DNA of 64,000 nt from Eledone cirrhosa. Taxonomy: Eukaryota. The position numbers were made by a program, and so were the translations under genes. The stretch covers positions 7,440,001-7,504,000 of the forward strand of contig OZ024744.1 in the NCBI GenBank assembly GCA_964016885.1. The letters are read 5' to 3'. Under the pieces are notes generated by a model. That model made no database searches, was not told the origin of the DNA, and saw only the letters and a list, made by a program, of their open reading frames with translations. Of the stretch, positions 27,141 to 40,639 are shown piece by piece; the first letter of the stretch is position 1; the number at the start of each line of letters is the position of its first letter.

Positions 27141-27679
27141 ACTATGTAGTTATACATTAAGGTATTATTTCGGTATTTTTCATCAACCGGGATTTCAAAT
27201 GAAGATTTTCAACGTTTTCTGTGTTGTTCCAGAAAATAATGTAATTTATTTTCATAATCTGTAATAACGTGATCCAGATTATGATTTGATTTGAGGGATG
27301 CAATGTTTGGAAATTAAAATAGCTTAAAATTAGAATTTATGATAATAATGAACATTTGAAGCACTGAATTGGCAGTGTTGTTAAAACGTCGGTCAATATG
27401 CTGTGCGTTATTCATCCCAGCTTTCAAATCCCATCACGATCAACTTTGGTTTTTATCCTTTCAAGGTTAAGAAGTAAAGAGGGATGTTTAAATACTTAAA
27501 AGAGTGTCACCAAGGCCCTGGATTATTTATTTAAGATGTATTTAATAAATCTCCTCTGACGTTGTTTTCAGCAAGGTTAGTAGGCTCCCACAAAACTTAT
27601 ATAGGTCCATACCAACTGACTCAGCTGCCCACCCTCTCGGATCTGGCCTAAATATACTGTTATACAATGCTATGATATA

Positions 27680-27860
27680 ATAATTGTTTCTTCTTTTGGC
27701 ACAAGGCCAGTAATTATCCCAGTGCATTACTGGTACTTTATTTTATCGACCCCGTAAGGATGAAAGGCAAAGTTAAGCTCGGCGGGATTTGAACTCAGAA
27801 TGGCAAGGGCCGTAACTCTATGCGTCAAAGCATGGCGTCCGACCCTTAACCGATACTGCA
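27680..27860 (-). mobile_element. Nin/Deu-like SINE copy
   Basis: Reverse complement of the 1163 SINE. Confidence 0.85.
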
Positions 27861-28992
27861 TAAATTGCAATACTATTCGTTAGATCCATACTTCTGTTAA
27901 CTGACACCCAGGAAAATAAATATAAAATAAAATTAAATGGAAGTAAATCTATTCAAGAAGTGATTTCAATTAGGAAGAGGCAGCTGGAATCTGCTAGAGT
28001 ATATTTTTACTTTTTTTATTTATTATTTTTATTTTCTAATGTTTGATATTCCATTTGCTGAAATGATTCTAAGGTCACAACATCTTATCTAAGTGTCTGT
28101 TTCATTACAATAACTTATGTCAGCCTGACAGATTTTCTATTAAATCCACTATTCTCTAGTTACACCATTTCCATTCTATTATACGTTTAAACAGAAATAC
28201 ATGGCATTCTGGCTGTAGATTACGGTTTAGTTTACCCCATCATTTAAAAAAGATAGCATCTTTCTCTTTGATTTAATATTCTAAGGATCATGATTATCAA
28301 ATAATGATTTCGTTACAAGTATTCATTATTCAAGCTCCGTATCAACTTGGGGGGAGAAAATGTACTAGTGTCAATGCTGTGTCCAAGAGATATTGTATGT
28401 TTATAGAAACTACTAGAAATTTACGGTTTAAAATTACGTGAGCTTCCACTACACGTGTTCTAGATTACAGATTATGTTGATTTAACGCCCAATGTACAAG
28501 GCTTTACAACTGAGGGAAAACAAAAGTTGATGTTTCGACTGTGTCTCTGCGAGCCATATATATGTATATATATTAATAAGAGGAATTCCAACTTTGTCTG
28601 ATTTACTCGTTTTATTTACAATCCTTTAAAATTTATAATGGTATTATAATGAAATAGTATGATAGAATTTTAAATTCTAAGTGTTAATTGAACAAGTACT
28701 TTCATGCTTTCGCAATCTTCAGGTCCATAATATGTGGTGACAGTCAAGTTTGCAATTTTCAACTTTTCTTTCAGTTAAAAAAAAAGATGTATATATATAT
28801 ACATCTTTTTTTTTAACTGAAAGAAAAGCAGTGAAGATGTCAGAAAGTAATAAAACACTTCCCATATTTTAGGCAAGGTGTATTATTAGTGAAGGTGTGA
28901 TTGACGTTGTTAATATTGACATTTTGTCCAATGACAAATTTCATTCAGCAAACACAGGTTTCACTCGGGACATTATATAAACTATTATATAT

Positions 28993-29605
28993 TCCACCAC
29001 TCCCCTACACACCTTTTGAACTCTCACCTGAAGAAGGGCTTATGCCCGAAACGTCGTCCCCCACCTACCCCCCACTCTCCTGAGCGTGAATTTAATAAAC
29101 ATTTGTCGTACTGCCTCTCTGTTCTGTCCCTGTTCAATTTTTCATTATACACAACACACGCTCACACGGCCTCCATCCTTGGAACTTAACTTAACAACCG
29201 GCTCAACCCCGATCTAATCCGCCGTGACCTTTCTCCGAACTTTACACACCTTCCCACACTTTGTCTTTCCTTCCACGCATTACCTCTGTTTGATTTTGTT
29301 ACCGTACCCCTTTTTTTCCGTATATGATTCTTTGCCTGTGTTCTTACAATTGTATTTCTATCATGCTTTATTTTTATTTATTATTTATTATATTTTTGTC
29401 TTTATTTGTTAATTTTTCATTCGCACCGTTTCCTTTCGCTTTATGTCTCTCCACCACTCCCCTACACACCTTTTGAACTCTCACCTGAAGAAGGACTTAT
29501 GCCCGAAACGTCGTCCCCCACCTACCCCCCACTCTCCTGAGCGTGAATTTAATAAACATTTGTCGTACTGCCTCTCTGTTCTGTCCCTGTTCAATTTTTC
29601 ATTAT
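28993..29605 (+). mobile_element. Retrozyme-like or pLTR non-coding unit: two 157-bp direct repeats, each with an HHR-like core
   Basis: 28993-29149 and 29450-29605 are nearly identical. Each contains CTGAAGAAGGRC-TTAT-GCCCGAAACGTC and AATAAA. Confidence 0.65.
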
Positions 29606-29865
29606 ATATATATATATATATATATAGTAATAATAATAAATTTGAAGACTAAAATCCAAAGAGGGCTCGATAAGGATAAATATATATCAAATATATAAGA
29701 ACCGTAGAGCAAATATTTATTAAAATAACGTTAAGGGTGAAAGCAGCGATTCTTTGCTTAAACTTTAATCTGTTATTTTAATAAATATATATATATATAT
29801 ATATAAGGATTAAAATACTGGTGCGTGTTGGAGTTAAACACCCTCTTCGTATTATAGAAATATAG

Positions 29866-29949
<84 letters not shown>

Positions 29950-29969
29950 GTGTATGTATATATGTATAT

Positions 29970-30346
29970 ATATATATTATAAAGCTGACGGTCGTATGTA
30001 TGTAACAAACTTTTCGCCAAACGGTACAAACAGCACCAAATTTGCACCATAGATGTAACTTTTTCCAAGGAAGAAAGTAAGGGTATTTTTGTCTACTAAC
30101 TTTAGTTAAAAGATTAAAGATATTTTATCGTTTATTTAAATATTCAGTTCTTTAAAATTTTCAAATGTCAACACTTCCGGTTATTTGACATTTCTCTCTC
30201 TTACCCGGTCTTTTTAGATAGATACATAATTATAACGTCGCGCCCTAATAATATCTGTATGTATGTCTGGCTGTCTGCATTATGAAAACCATTCTGTACA
30301 TTGGCTTCGCTATCTGTATGTGTGTGTATATATATGTATGTATATA

Positions 30347-30417
<71 letters not shown>

Positions 30418-31085
30418 TGTGTGTGTGTGTGTGTGTATATACATATATATATATATATATAGTGTTAGTATCATAAATAAGAGACAGTTTAATTTGTATA
30501 TTTTATTACACCATTCCTTTATACGTATATATACATACATAAACATGTTATTTACAGTTGTATAAAAAAGAAGTATAATTGTTTCTACTGTTGGCACAAG
30601 GCCACCAATTATCCCAGTACATTACTGGACTTTATTATATATAATATATATAATACGACATCCCTCTCTCTTTCTTAATCTGTCTTTTTAGATAGATACA
30701 TAGCTATAACGTCGTGCCCTTATAATATCTCTCTGTCTGGCTGACTGTCTGCATTGACCTCGCTTCTAACCAACTTTTAATTAATTATATATATAATTAC
30801 ATATTCGTGTACATATTTTCAACAGTAATACTATACTATCTATATTATAAAGCTGACGACATTCCTCGCACTTTCTTAGTCTGTCTTTTTAGATAGATAC
30901 ATAGCTATAACGTCGCGCCTTTATAATATGTCTCTGTATGTCTGGCTGTCTGCATTAGATATATAGCTATAACGTCGCACGCTTATAATATCAGTCTGTC
31001 TGGCTGCCTGTCTGCATTGACTTCGCTTCTAATCAACTTTTAATTAATTCAGTGCAAAGATACCGCACGCCCTCTCAATAATTAG
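29970..31085 (+). mobile_element. Probable non-autonomous Helitron-like repeats with internal tandem units
   Basis: TATATTATAAAGCTGACG starts at about 29973 and 30841. TAGATAGATACATAGCTATAACGTCG units repeat and are shared with 36910-37000. Confidence 0.4.
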
Positions 31086-31162
<77 letters not shown>

Positions 31163-31676
31163 GTAATAATAATAAATGTGAAGACTAAAATCCAAAGAGG
31201 GCTCGATAAGGATAAATATCAATCAAATATATAAGAACCCTAGAGCAAATACTGTTCTCATTGTTGACGTATTATCTACGCTTTTTTCCGTTCCTTGCCA
31301 GGGAACGTCTTCACGATCCGAAATATCGTCTTCCTGTTTTCCTTCGGTTGCAATATTTTTCGAAATATTTACTTCTGCGTTCACAGATTGATGTTTTTTT
31401 AGTTTCAGAAGAAAGCAACGATTCTTTGCTTAAACTTTAATCTGTTATTTTAATATATATATATATATATAATTATATATTCGTCTACAGATATTTTTGC
31501 ATACACAAAAACAAAATATAAACAAACGTATTTATTTCACGGCGGCTTATCCTCATTGTTACTGCCGATATGCCACCCAAAAAGGAAAGGCCTGATGATT
31601 TCTCTCGAATGAAACAGTTCTTGTCCTTTAGAAGCCATTTCTATATTAAATTGTGTATATACTCCCGAACGCGGGA

Positions 31677-31856
<180 letters not shown>

Positions 31857-32092
31857 GTGTTTTAGAATGTTATTAATATTCATATAAACATTATTTCAGG
31901 CATATCAAACAACATAATATATATTAATCGGAATATTTTGACAAGAGATAGTTGCCAATGTAGGCGTTTACGATGTCGACATACGTGATTTGAGTAAAAC
32001 ACAACGACAGTATCTCCTGTGTGATGTCACACTAAATGACATAATGAAGACATATTTTGCATTTAAATTTAAGTTGATTCTCTTAGTATGTA

Positions 32093-32420
32093 CTAGCTGA
32101 AGTACCCAGCTTTGCCTGGGTAAACAGATGATAAGAAAAGACAGGTAGAAGAGAAAACAACTGTATTGGATGTGTTGTCTGGTTTACAATATGAGGCGAG
32201 TCCGTGGTGTGACAAAAGAAACACAAATGAGTCAAAATCTTCCAAAGACACAAGATTCTTCGTTTTACCGTTCCGGCATAGTATATGAAGATTTCTAGGT
32301 GTTCCCACCCATGAACAACCTACATATAACTGCCCATGGGTAAAAACCAATTTTCTCATATTCAGTCCTAGAACTTCGAAACTCTGACCATGAGGTTTAT
32401 TTATCGTCATAGCAAAACTG
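32093..32420 (-). mobile_element. Helitron 3' remnant (PIF1-like helicase C-terminus, terminal hairpin and CTAG)
   Basis: MTINKPHGQS..VFTHGQLYVGCSWV matches helicase motifs V/VI. The terminus reads CCCAGGCAAAGCTGGGTACTTCAGCTAG on the minus strand. Confidence 0.8.
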
Positions 32421-32637
32421 GCTTTAACGGGGAACTGAAGTCTTGAGAATTTCGGTTGTCTCTCATCCCGTTACAAATAGCAGCCGGTATGTTTTTCTTC
32501 TTCTTTGATGTTATAAAATGAGTATGAATAAAGTTTCCTGTGTACAGCTTTATTCGATTGTTGTACTTATTTTCGTTTTCATGTTTGTGTGAAATTATAT
32601 GAATAAAACTACGGGCTGAGTTGTTGCAATTAAGTAC

Positions 32638-32822
32638 AATTGTTTCTACTTTTGACACCAGGCCAGCAATTATCCCAGTGCATTACTGGTACTTTATTTT
32701 ATCGACCCCGTAAGGATGAAAGGCAAAGTTAACCTCGGCGGGATTTGAACTCAGATCATAAAGGGAGGTAACTCTATGCTTCAAAGCATGACGCCCGACC
32801 CTCTACCGATACTGCCAATCCA
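32638..32822 (-). mobile_element. Nin/Deu-like SINE copy
   Basis: Reverse complement of the 1163 SINE. Confidence 0.85.
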
Positions 32823-33254
32823 TAAGTATAATGAAAATAAAAAGTTACCGGGCCACCACACAGCCCACCGTTTTATTCATATAATTTTCCATATCTGCTG
32901 TGACCCGTCTCTTTTCTCTCTCCTTGTTGCTATCAACTCTCCCCCGCCCCTTCTCTCTCCTTCTCCCTCTTACTTTGGCTCACCCTCTCTGCTTGTCACC
33001 TTCTCTCTGCTAGCCTGTCACTATAACCATCTCCTTATCACTTCCTCTTACTTTCACTCACTCCCTCTGTAATAGCTCACTTCATCCCTCGTCCGCCACT
33101 GCAAGCAGTCTCGTTTCTCGCTCACACTGCTACAGCCAAGACGTGTCTGTTCTCTCGTCACACTTGTCTGGACTTATGTCCGAAAAAAGTTTGTTGACTT
33201 CATATTTTTCTTCTCTTTACGTTGCTTTAATTTTCGTGTCTGTTTACGTATTTT

Positions 33255-33340
<86 letters not shown>

Positions 33341-33524
33341 CCTTTTTATCCTAATAACATATTTTAGTTATTGATCGCACTAGGTTGAGATATCTTGACT
33401 CTAACACGAAGAAATATTGATGGTTCCTAGCAGACAACTGATGATGGATATTACCGTCTTTCGCCCGTAACTTTTTATTTTCATTATACTTAAATGCAAC
33501 CACACAGCCCGCCGTTTTATTTAT

Positions 33525-33705
33525 ATAAAAAGTATGACCCCGACGGCAGAGCTCAAGCCGTTTCGACGGCTATTTCTGGACTCGTGGAAACCGCTTGAGC
33601 TCTGCCGTCGGGGTCATACTTTTTCCTATTTCCCACTCTACTACCCTAAGTATTGAGTACTCTGGTGCGTTATGGTCCATCTGGTTCCTTACCACAATTC
33701 CCTTG

Positions 33706-33710
<5 letters not shown>
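33525..33710. mobile_element. Fold-back copy of the 23317 repeat family
   Basis: AAAAGTATGACCCCGACGGCAGAGCTCAAGC ... GCTTGAGCTCTGCCGTCGGGGTCATACTTTT. Confidence 0.75.
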
Positions 33711-33766
<56 letters not shown>

Positions 33767-36286
33767 AATATATAAATAATGCTCCAATAATGTTGAGCAC
33801 TTCCAAATGTAATATTGAACAGCGGCACTGACTTCAGTGTACAGCTATTGCCAGTATGGGATTAACTTATCTACTTATCATTCGGATTTTGGCTGCTCTG
33901 TGCTTTATCTACCGCCCACGCGATATTGCTCCCTTGTCGAGAAGATTCGGATTCCGACAAAACTCTACGTATTATACTAAAACATGTATTGTATTGACTG
34001 AATTCTCTACTCTATACCTCAGTACTTTTTTGTGACTCACACTGAATTCGGAGACTCGAACTTTACACTAGGTACAACCTGTTACCATTCCATCTCTTCC
34101 ACCCTCTATATCTATATGTACAACCTGTATTATCTTACTACAACTTGATCTTTATTATATTTCCCCTTTACTCTGATTCCTCCGATACGTTCTTATATAC
34201 TTCCGTCTTACTACATCCCTAGTTATTTACTTTTATTAATTTTTTATTAATTTATTAATGTATTCTTTATCTTTGTATTTTAGCTTTATCTTTGTATTTT
34301 ACCTTTGTATCCTGCTTTTATTATTTTTTTGTAACTTTCCTTACTCAAGTCATTAAGCACCTTTCATAGCCCCCAAAGAACCACACTACTTATAACCCGG
34401 ACTAACTGGGACTTTAAAATAATTATGGTCTATTTGCACTTTTCATTGGGTTGCTACCTTTGACTTGTGTGGTGGCTTTTCCCGGCTGTGTGCTGGGCAC
34501 TCGGAAAGTTCAGCCTTCCTTGAATGCTTGGAAAAATAAATTTCCTCTCTTTTGGTAAACGAAATTATAGGAAGCGGTTGCTTTGCCCCGGTCCCACCGC
34601 GCCGCCTGTTTTGACCGGCATATTATACTTATACCTATAAACTCCAGGTTTAGGTATAACTATTAGCTGTATCATGCCTCTACTGGCACATAAATAAACC
34701 CCTCATGTGTGAATTAATAATATTCGTTTGGTATAGACGATGGCCTGTCGAAATTGTTAGACTTCTCGCTAGCACTCCCGGGGCCTAAGCTAGCTACGTT
34801 CCTAGAGTACTCGGAAAAATTAATTTCCATTTCTTTCGCTGGACGATACCACTCGAAACTGGCTGACTCGTCGTTAGGAGGTGCTGGCTGGGTTCACAAT
34901 CGAAATCTTTACTCTATATCCCATCCTGATCTCTTATCGAGATTAACTTTTTCATATAAGACTCTCTCTGTAAGTTCATTAAATAAATCTCGCTACCTTA
35001 ACCTTTAACTTTCTAATAATTTATTTTTCAATTTATCATTTTGCAATTTAATATTTTTTAATTTAATTTCATCCTATAACTCGTAACATAAGTTTAACGT
35101 TCCAATTTAAGGTTCACATTAGACCATACAGACACCCATTATATATGCCTTTGTTAAATATAGATTCTTTGGAGTAGCATTTTTCGCAGCGTTTTCTAGC
35201 ATGACTGTAGTGTGACCCTTATGCTGACTTCTTTCTTCCCTTTTTCTTCTTTCTTCCTTTCTTTCTTTCTTCCCCTTTTTCTTTGACGGAGAGGTAGTTG
35301 TCCTTCGCCTCCTCACCAGATGGTCATTAGTAGATTAAATTGCCATCACTTTGAGGGCGACTGGCCGAGGTGAAAGCAGCTAGTTGGTCAGTCGTCCTCT
35401 CTGTCTCTGATTTTTCGGGCCAATGGGATTTTTACATATTCCTTTGTTATATTCCAATACCTGATGATATCACCGGATTCATATGGAACTCGGTCATTGA
35501 AATGATCATAGTATAATAAACCTTTCAAGGATTTACACCAGTCCAGCCTCCTGTTATTTTATATATATATTGAATTAATATTAATAACTCTGGAAAACAT
35601 TCTGTTGTGTGCTTCCAATCTATTGTAAAACTCATTCTTTGAAGTACTCATTGAACCTTGTTTAACTCTTAAATATATTTATATATATATGTATATATAT
35701 ATATTTGTTTCGCAAGGTTTTTGATATTAAATCGTGTGTCAAAACAAATATTGTTATACTTGGGGAGGGTTATATTGTTGTAATAATATTGCCAGAATTA
35801 GTAACAGAACATACTCACTGTTTGGTTGGTTTTCGCTTCTGTATCTTTTATATATCCACAGTTAATTCATTCGGTCCTCAATGTTTACCATTGACTGACC
35901 AACGGTCAAAAATACATATATAATATAGATATAAACACATATATATAGTCTAACAAAGTTCTTTCGTTGCACATCTGCAACATCATCAGTGGTGCTATTA
36001 TGTTCCTCCTCTTGTATTGTATGCTTACGCCATTTTTATTTTATCTGTTTATTTATTTATTTATTTATTTTTGTCTTCTTCTCTGCGCATGCGTTTGCGT
36101 GTGTGTATAGTGTTTGATGTGTGTTCACGTTCCGGTGACTGTGTTTTGCTTATTGTATTCTATCTTAGTTTACTAGTGTGTGCTTATATGTGTTTGTTGT
36201 TATTGTGCTTCTGTATATATTTATTTATTTATTTATATTTCTCTTAGGTCAGTATTGTTTGTTTGGTATTGTATTCTATCTTAGTT

Positions 36287-36367
<81 letters not shown>

Positions 36368-36719
36368 TCTCTCTACGCCGGCACTTCACACACCTTTCAC
36401 GTAAAATATATATAGAAATAATATATTTAAAATATATCAAAAAATAAAAACAATTTATTCTAAAACTTGTCTAGAAAATAAAGAGTTACGGGCGAAAGAC
36501 GGTAATATCCATCATCAGTTGTCTGCTAGGAACCATCAATATTTCTTCGTGTTAGAAAAAAAAACATTATCCATATATAGATAGCTTATCTATTTACCGA
36601 AACGTTAATCACCTCAGCCACAGCCCCGACGCAATGACAAGAGCTTAGCCGTTGGGCTCCGACTCGTTATAATATATATATACATATATATAAAACTGAA
36701 ATATATATATATATATATA

Positions 36720-38121
36720 CATATATATAACTGAAATTGTCTCTGTGTGTGTGTGTCCTAATTTTTTCAAAGTCTATACAAATCCACATTTCTACTCCAA
36801 TTGACTTCAAACTTGCATTTATATATTCCTTGCGGTCTAAAGATATTAACTGCAGCTTTTATTTTTCAATTTTCTGTTGTTAAAGGGGTGTTAGGCGCCG
36901 GTTATCGACCTCTGTCTTTCTTAGTCTGTCTTTTTAGATAGATACACAACTATACCGTCACGCCCTTATAATATCTGTCTGTATATCTGGCTGTCTGAAT
37001 TACGACATTATGACAAACATTGTTCTCATTACTGACGTATTATCTTCGCTATTTTCTGTTCATTGCCAGGGAACGTCTTCACGAACCAAAGTATCGTCTT
37101 CCTGTCTTCCTTCGGTTGCAACGTTTTTCGAAATATTTACTTCTGCGTTCACAGATTGATTTTCTTAGTTTCAGAAGATCCCGTTAAGGGTGAAATCACA
37201 CGTTGTAAGCACTATCAATGTTACTGCTGCTACATAGGACTCCCATTACTACTGAATTTTCACCTTTGCGTTCTGCATTTCCATCCGCAGGCCAACATGG
37301 AATGGTATTCATAGTAGTCAGTTTATTGAGGGAGAAACAGAAGGGTCTCGAATTCGCCGTCCAAAAAACCCATTGACAACGAACGAGAACCGCTAACATC
37401 TACGCAGAATGATACATTGTAGGTCGCTTTAAACCGTCTTTTATTAATTAAAACACTTCTTGCCAATAAACATTAACCCTTTGTGCGCCATTCATCTAAC
37501 TGTAGACCAACAAATACCAACTAAACGGAGCATTGACAAGAACGATGGCGAATCAATCTTCGAGGTAAGCAGTTTCCTCCCGAGCTGTTAGGTCACGTGG
37601 GATTCACTGCTTCACCTTTTCATAATAATACCGAACAACGTACTGCTGGTCACTCCTTCCTCCAAAAGCCGTACAAAGCGGACATGTGCATCGTGTAGAT
37701 GGATCGGGTGCAAATCTACACCAGGCCTACGCGAGAAATTCGCAAGGGACTGCACCGAGAGGGATAGAGAGAAAGAGTAACTTAGTGGAAAGAGTGCGAA
37801 TGAACATTTGAGGTAAGTAGCCTACGACTTACTGCTATGACACTGGAACCTTCTGCCAACTTAACCTGCGACTTTCTCTTTCACATTTACTCCAAAAGAC
37901 CAAAACAGAGGAGTATGAAAAGAAGGGGGTCAACAATATTTCTATGAACAATGCACGTAGACAGTTAAACTGTACTTTCAACTTCTTAATTTTCTCCAAA
38001 TAAACAAGTTTCCTGTCGGTATATTTTTGTTAGTTTTTAACAGGCACTCACAAATAAATGTTTCTCATTGGAGGTGCTATTACCAATGTTCTTACCCGTG
38101 CACGCCAGGATACACTGCTAG
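36720..38121 (+). mobile_element. Probable non-autonomous Helitron
   Basis: Starts with TATATAACTGAAATTGTCTCTGTGTG and ends with CCCGTGCACGCCAGGATACACTGCTAG followed by T. Confidence 0.45.
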
Positions 38122-38179
38122 TATATATATATATATATATAAATATATAATATATATATATATATATATCAACAACACT

Positions 38180-40140
38180 TAATATTGAACATACCCTACT
38201 AGTAACCTTTGAAGTCATCAATCTATATTCCAATATCCCACACAACCTAGGTATAGAGGCAATACAATTCTGGCTTGAACATTTCCCTAGTGAACTTCTA
38301 CAGCGCATCAGAAAAGAATTTGTGTTGGAGGGCCTCAAATTCATCTTGGAAAATAATTTGTTCGAATTCAATGCCAAATACTACAGACAGAAATCTGGGA
38401 CTGCCCTGGGCACGAAAGTAGCCCTCTCATACGCCACCCTTGTCATGTGATATTTGGAAACCACTCTCTGCCGCAAAGTTCTAGACAAATATGGTAACCA
38501 CTTCTACCTACAGATAGAAAAGAACTGGAAGAGATATCTGGACAACTGCTTCATCCTCTGGCATGAAAGTATAGATAGACTGATTGGGTTCAAAACCCTT
38601 CTAAATGGGCTCAACACAAACTTACAATTCACAATGGATTACAGCCATGAACAACTCCCTTTCCTCGACATCCTCATCAAGAAAACAAACAACAAAATAG
38701 AAACAGACATATACTACAAACCCACAGACTCCAAACAGTATCTTCCATTTAACTCGTTATCTTCCATTTAACTCGTGCCGCCCTCGCCATACCAGAATGG
38801 CAATTCTTTATAACCTAGCCAGAAGGATCTACACAATAGTTTCAGATAAATACACATGTTACATACGACTAGAAGAATTAAAGAATACACTCATCAGCAG
38901 AAACTACCCACCATCCCTAATCAACAATGGATTCCAACGTGCCCTAAAACTCAACATCTAGGAACTCAGACACCCCAAAGCCAGGAATGAACAGATACAG
39001 AAAACTCTAACATACATCTCCACACACAACCTCCTCATCGATGATGTATTCGACACCATCCTCTAGAACATTCCTTTACTAAAAAGAGACACAAGCATAA
39101 AGAGCAAAAGACAACATAAATCCATAAAAAACATCCTCACACAAGCCAAAATCCCACCAACCCTCACTATGAACCCTTCAGTAAAAAAATGCGGAAGGCC
39201 CAACTGTGGCATATGCATAAATCTAATAGAAGGTTCAAATTCCATTTTAAACAAGGACAACATTTCACAGTTAAATACAACTTTAGATGTGCATCTGAAA
39301 ACCTAAATCTATGTTTTGACCTGCTCAGGTTGTCAAGAGCACTACATAGGACAGACAAAAAACAGTCTCCGACAACGTATGACCGTCCATAAATCACAAA
39401 TCAAAATGCAGGAATACAGAAAGATTGCTTTTAGTGAACATATCGCCAATTGTGCATCTAACCAACATCCAAACTTTAAAATTGTCCCTATTTACAAATT
39501 CATAGACAACGCTTCTTTCATCCATCGTACCAATAAGGAAACGTACTTCATTAACAAATTCCAACCTCTACTTAATGGACTAAACTTCGGACTAAACTAA
39601 AACTGGAACGAACAACGAACCAAAGCCCCAAATTTCTATGTTCTCTAAAGAGTTACCTCCCTCACACCCTACTTAATCCTTTTTCTTATATAAATGAAAT
39701 ACCCCTCCCCCTCATTTCTCTCTCCCCTACCTGACCACCCTGAATTACCTCCCCCTGCATATTAACTCTCTAAAAAGGGAAATCATATCAAACCCCAGAC
39801 TACCATTTGCCTCCATCATGGACCAACCAAGCGCTCTTGCCATAATAACACATTTTGAACTGATTATCCTCAAAAATTATGCCTGTAAATAATAGTATTC
39901 TTTCTTTCCCATCACCTTATCATGTTCCACATCAAAAACCTTGTTTGTAAATAATATTATTCTTCTTTTCCCATTTCCTTGACATGTCCAACATTACATT
40001 ATCTTCTCTCCAACATTTTATACCAATACAAATTCTGCCCTTTGATAATGCATAACATGCTGAAACCGGTAATAGACAATTATTAAATATATAAAAAAGT
40101 GAATAAATAAATAAATGAATAAATGCCATTGTTAATTAAT
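38180..40140 (+). mobile_element. Penelope-like element, 5'-truncated pseudogene with 3' UTR
   Basis: WKRYLDNCF, LPFLDI, DIYYKPTD and LTCSGCQEHYIGQT motifs. Coding ends at 39600. A degenerate HHR lies at 40042-40071. Confidence 0.85.
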
Positions 40141-40639
40141 AAATAAATTAACTAATACCTTAACACTTCACACAAAGTAAAATATTTTGTTTTAAACATT
40201 TTCTAACCAAGAAAAAAAAAAAAAATAAAGGGAAAAAATATATATTTCTTCCTAATAATCGCCTTTTTCTCCCTATTTACATATATATATACATATATAC
40301 ATATATAACGAAGGGAGTGTGGCAAGGAACCAGGTGGACCATCACGCACCAGAGTACTCAATACTGTCCAGAAATAGCCGTCGAAACAGCTTGAGCTCTA
40401 CCGTCGGGTTTAAACATTTTCATATATATATACATATATATATATCTAGGGAGTGTAATATATATCTAGAGTCCGTCGAGCTGCGGATTATAGAGTCGGG
40501 TAAGATCGATACAGATCGAACCTTGAGCTGATCAGTGGCGAAACGCGCGACACCTACCAATAAATGTAATGAAGGAGTAACCAATCGTCCTTGTTATCTG
40601 TTCAATACATATATATATAAATATATATATATTTAAAAG

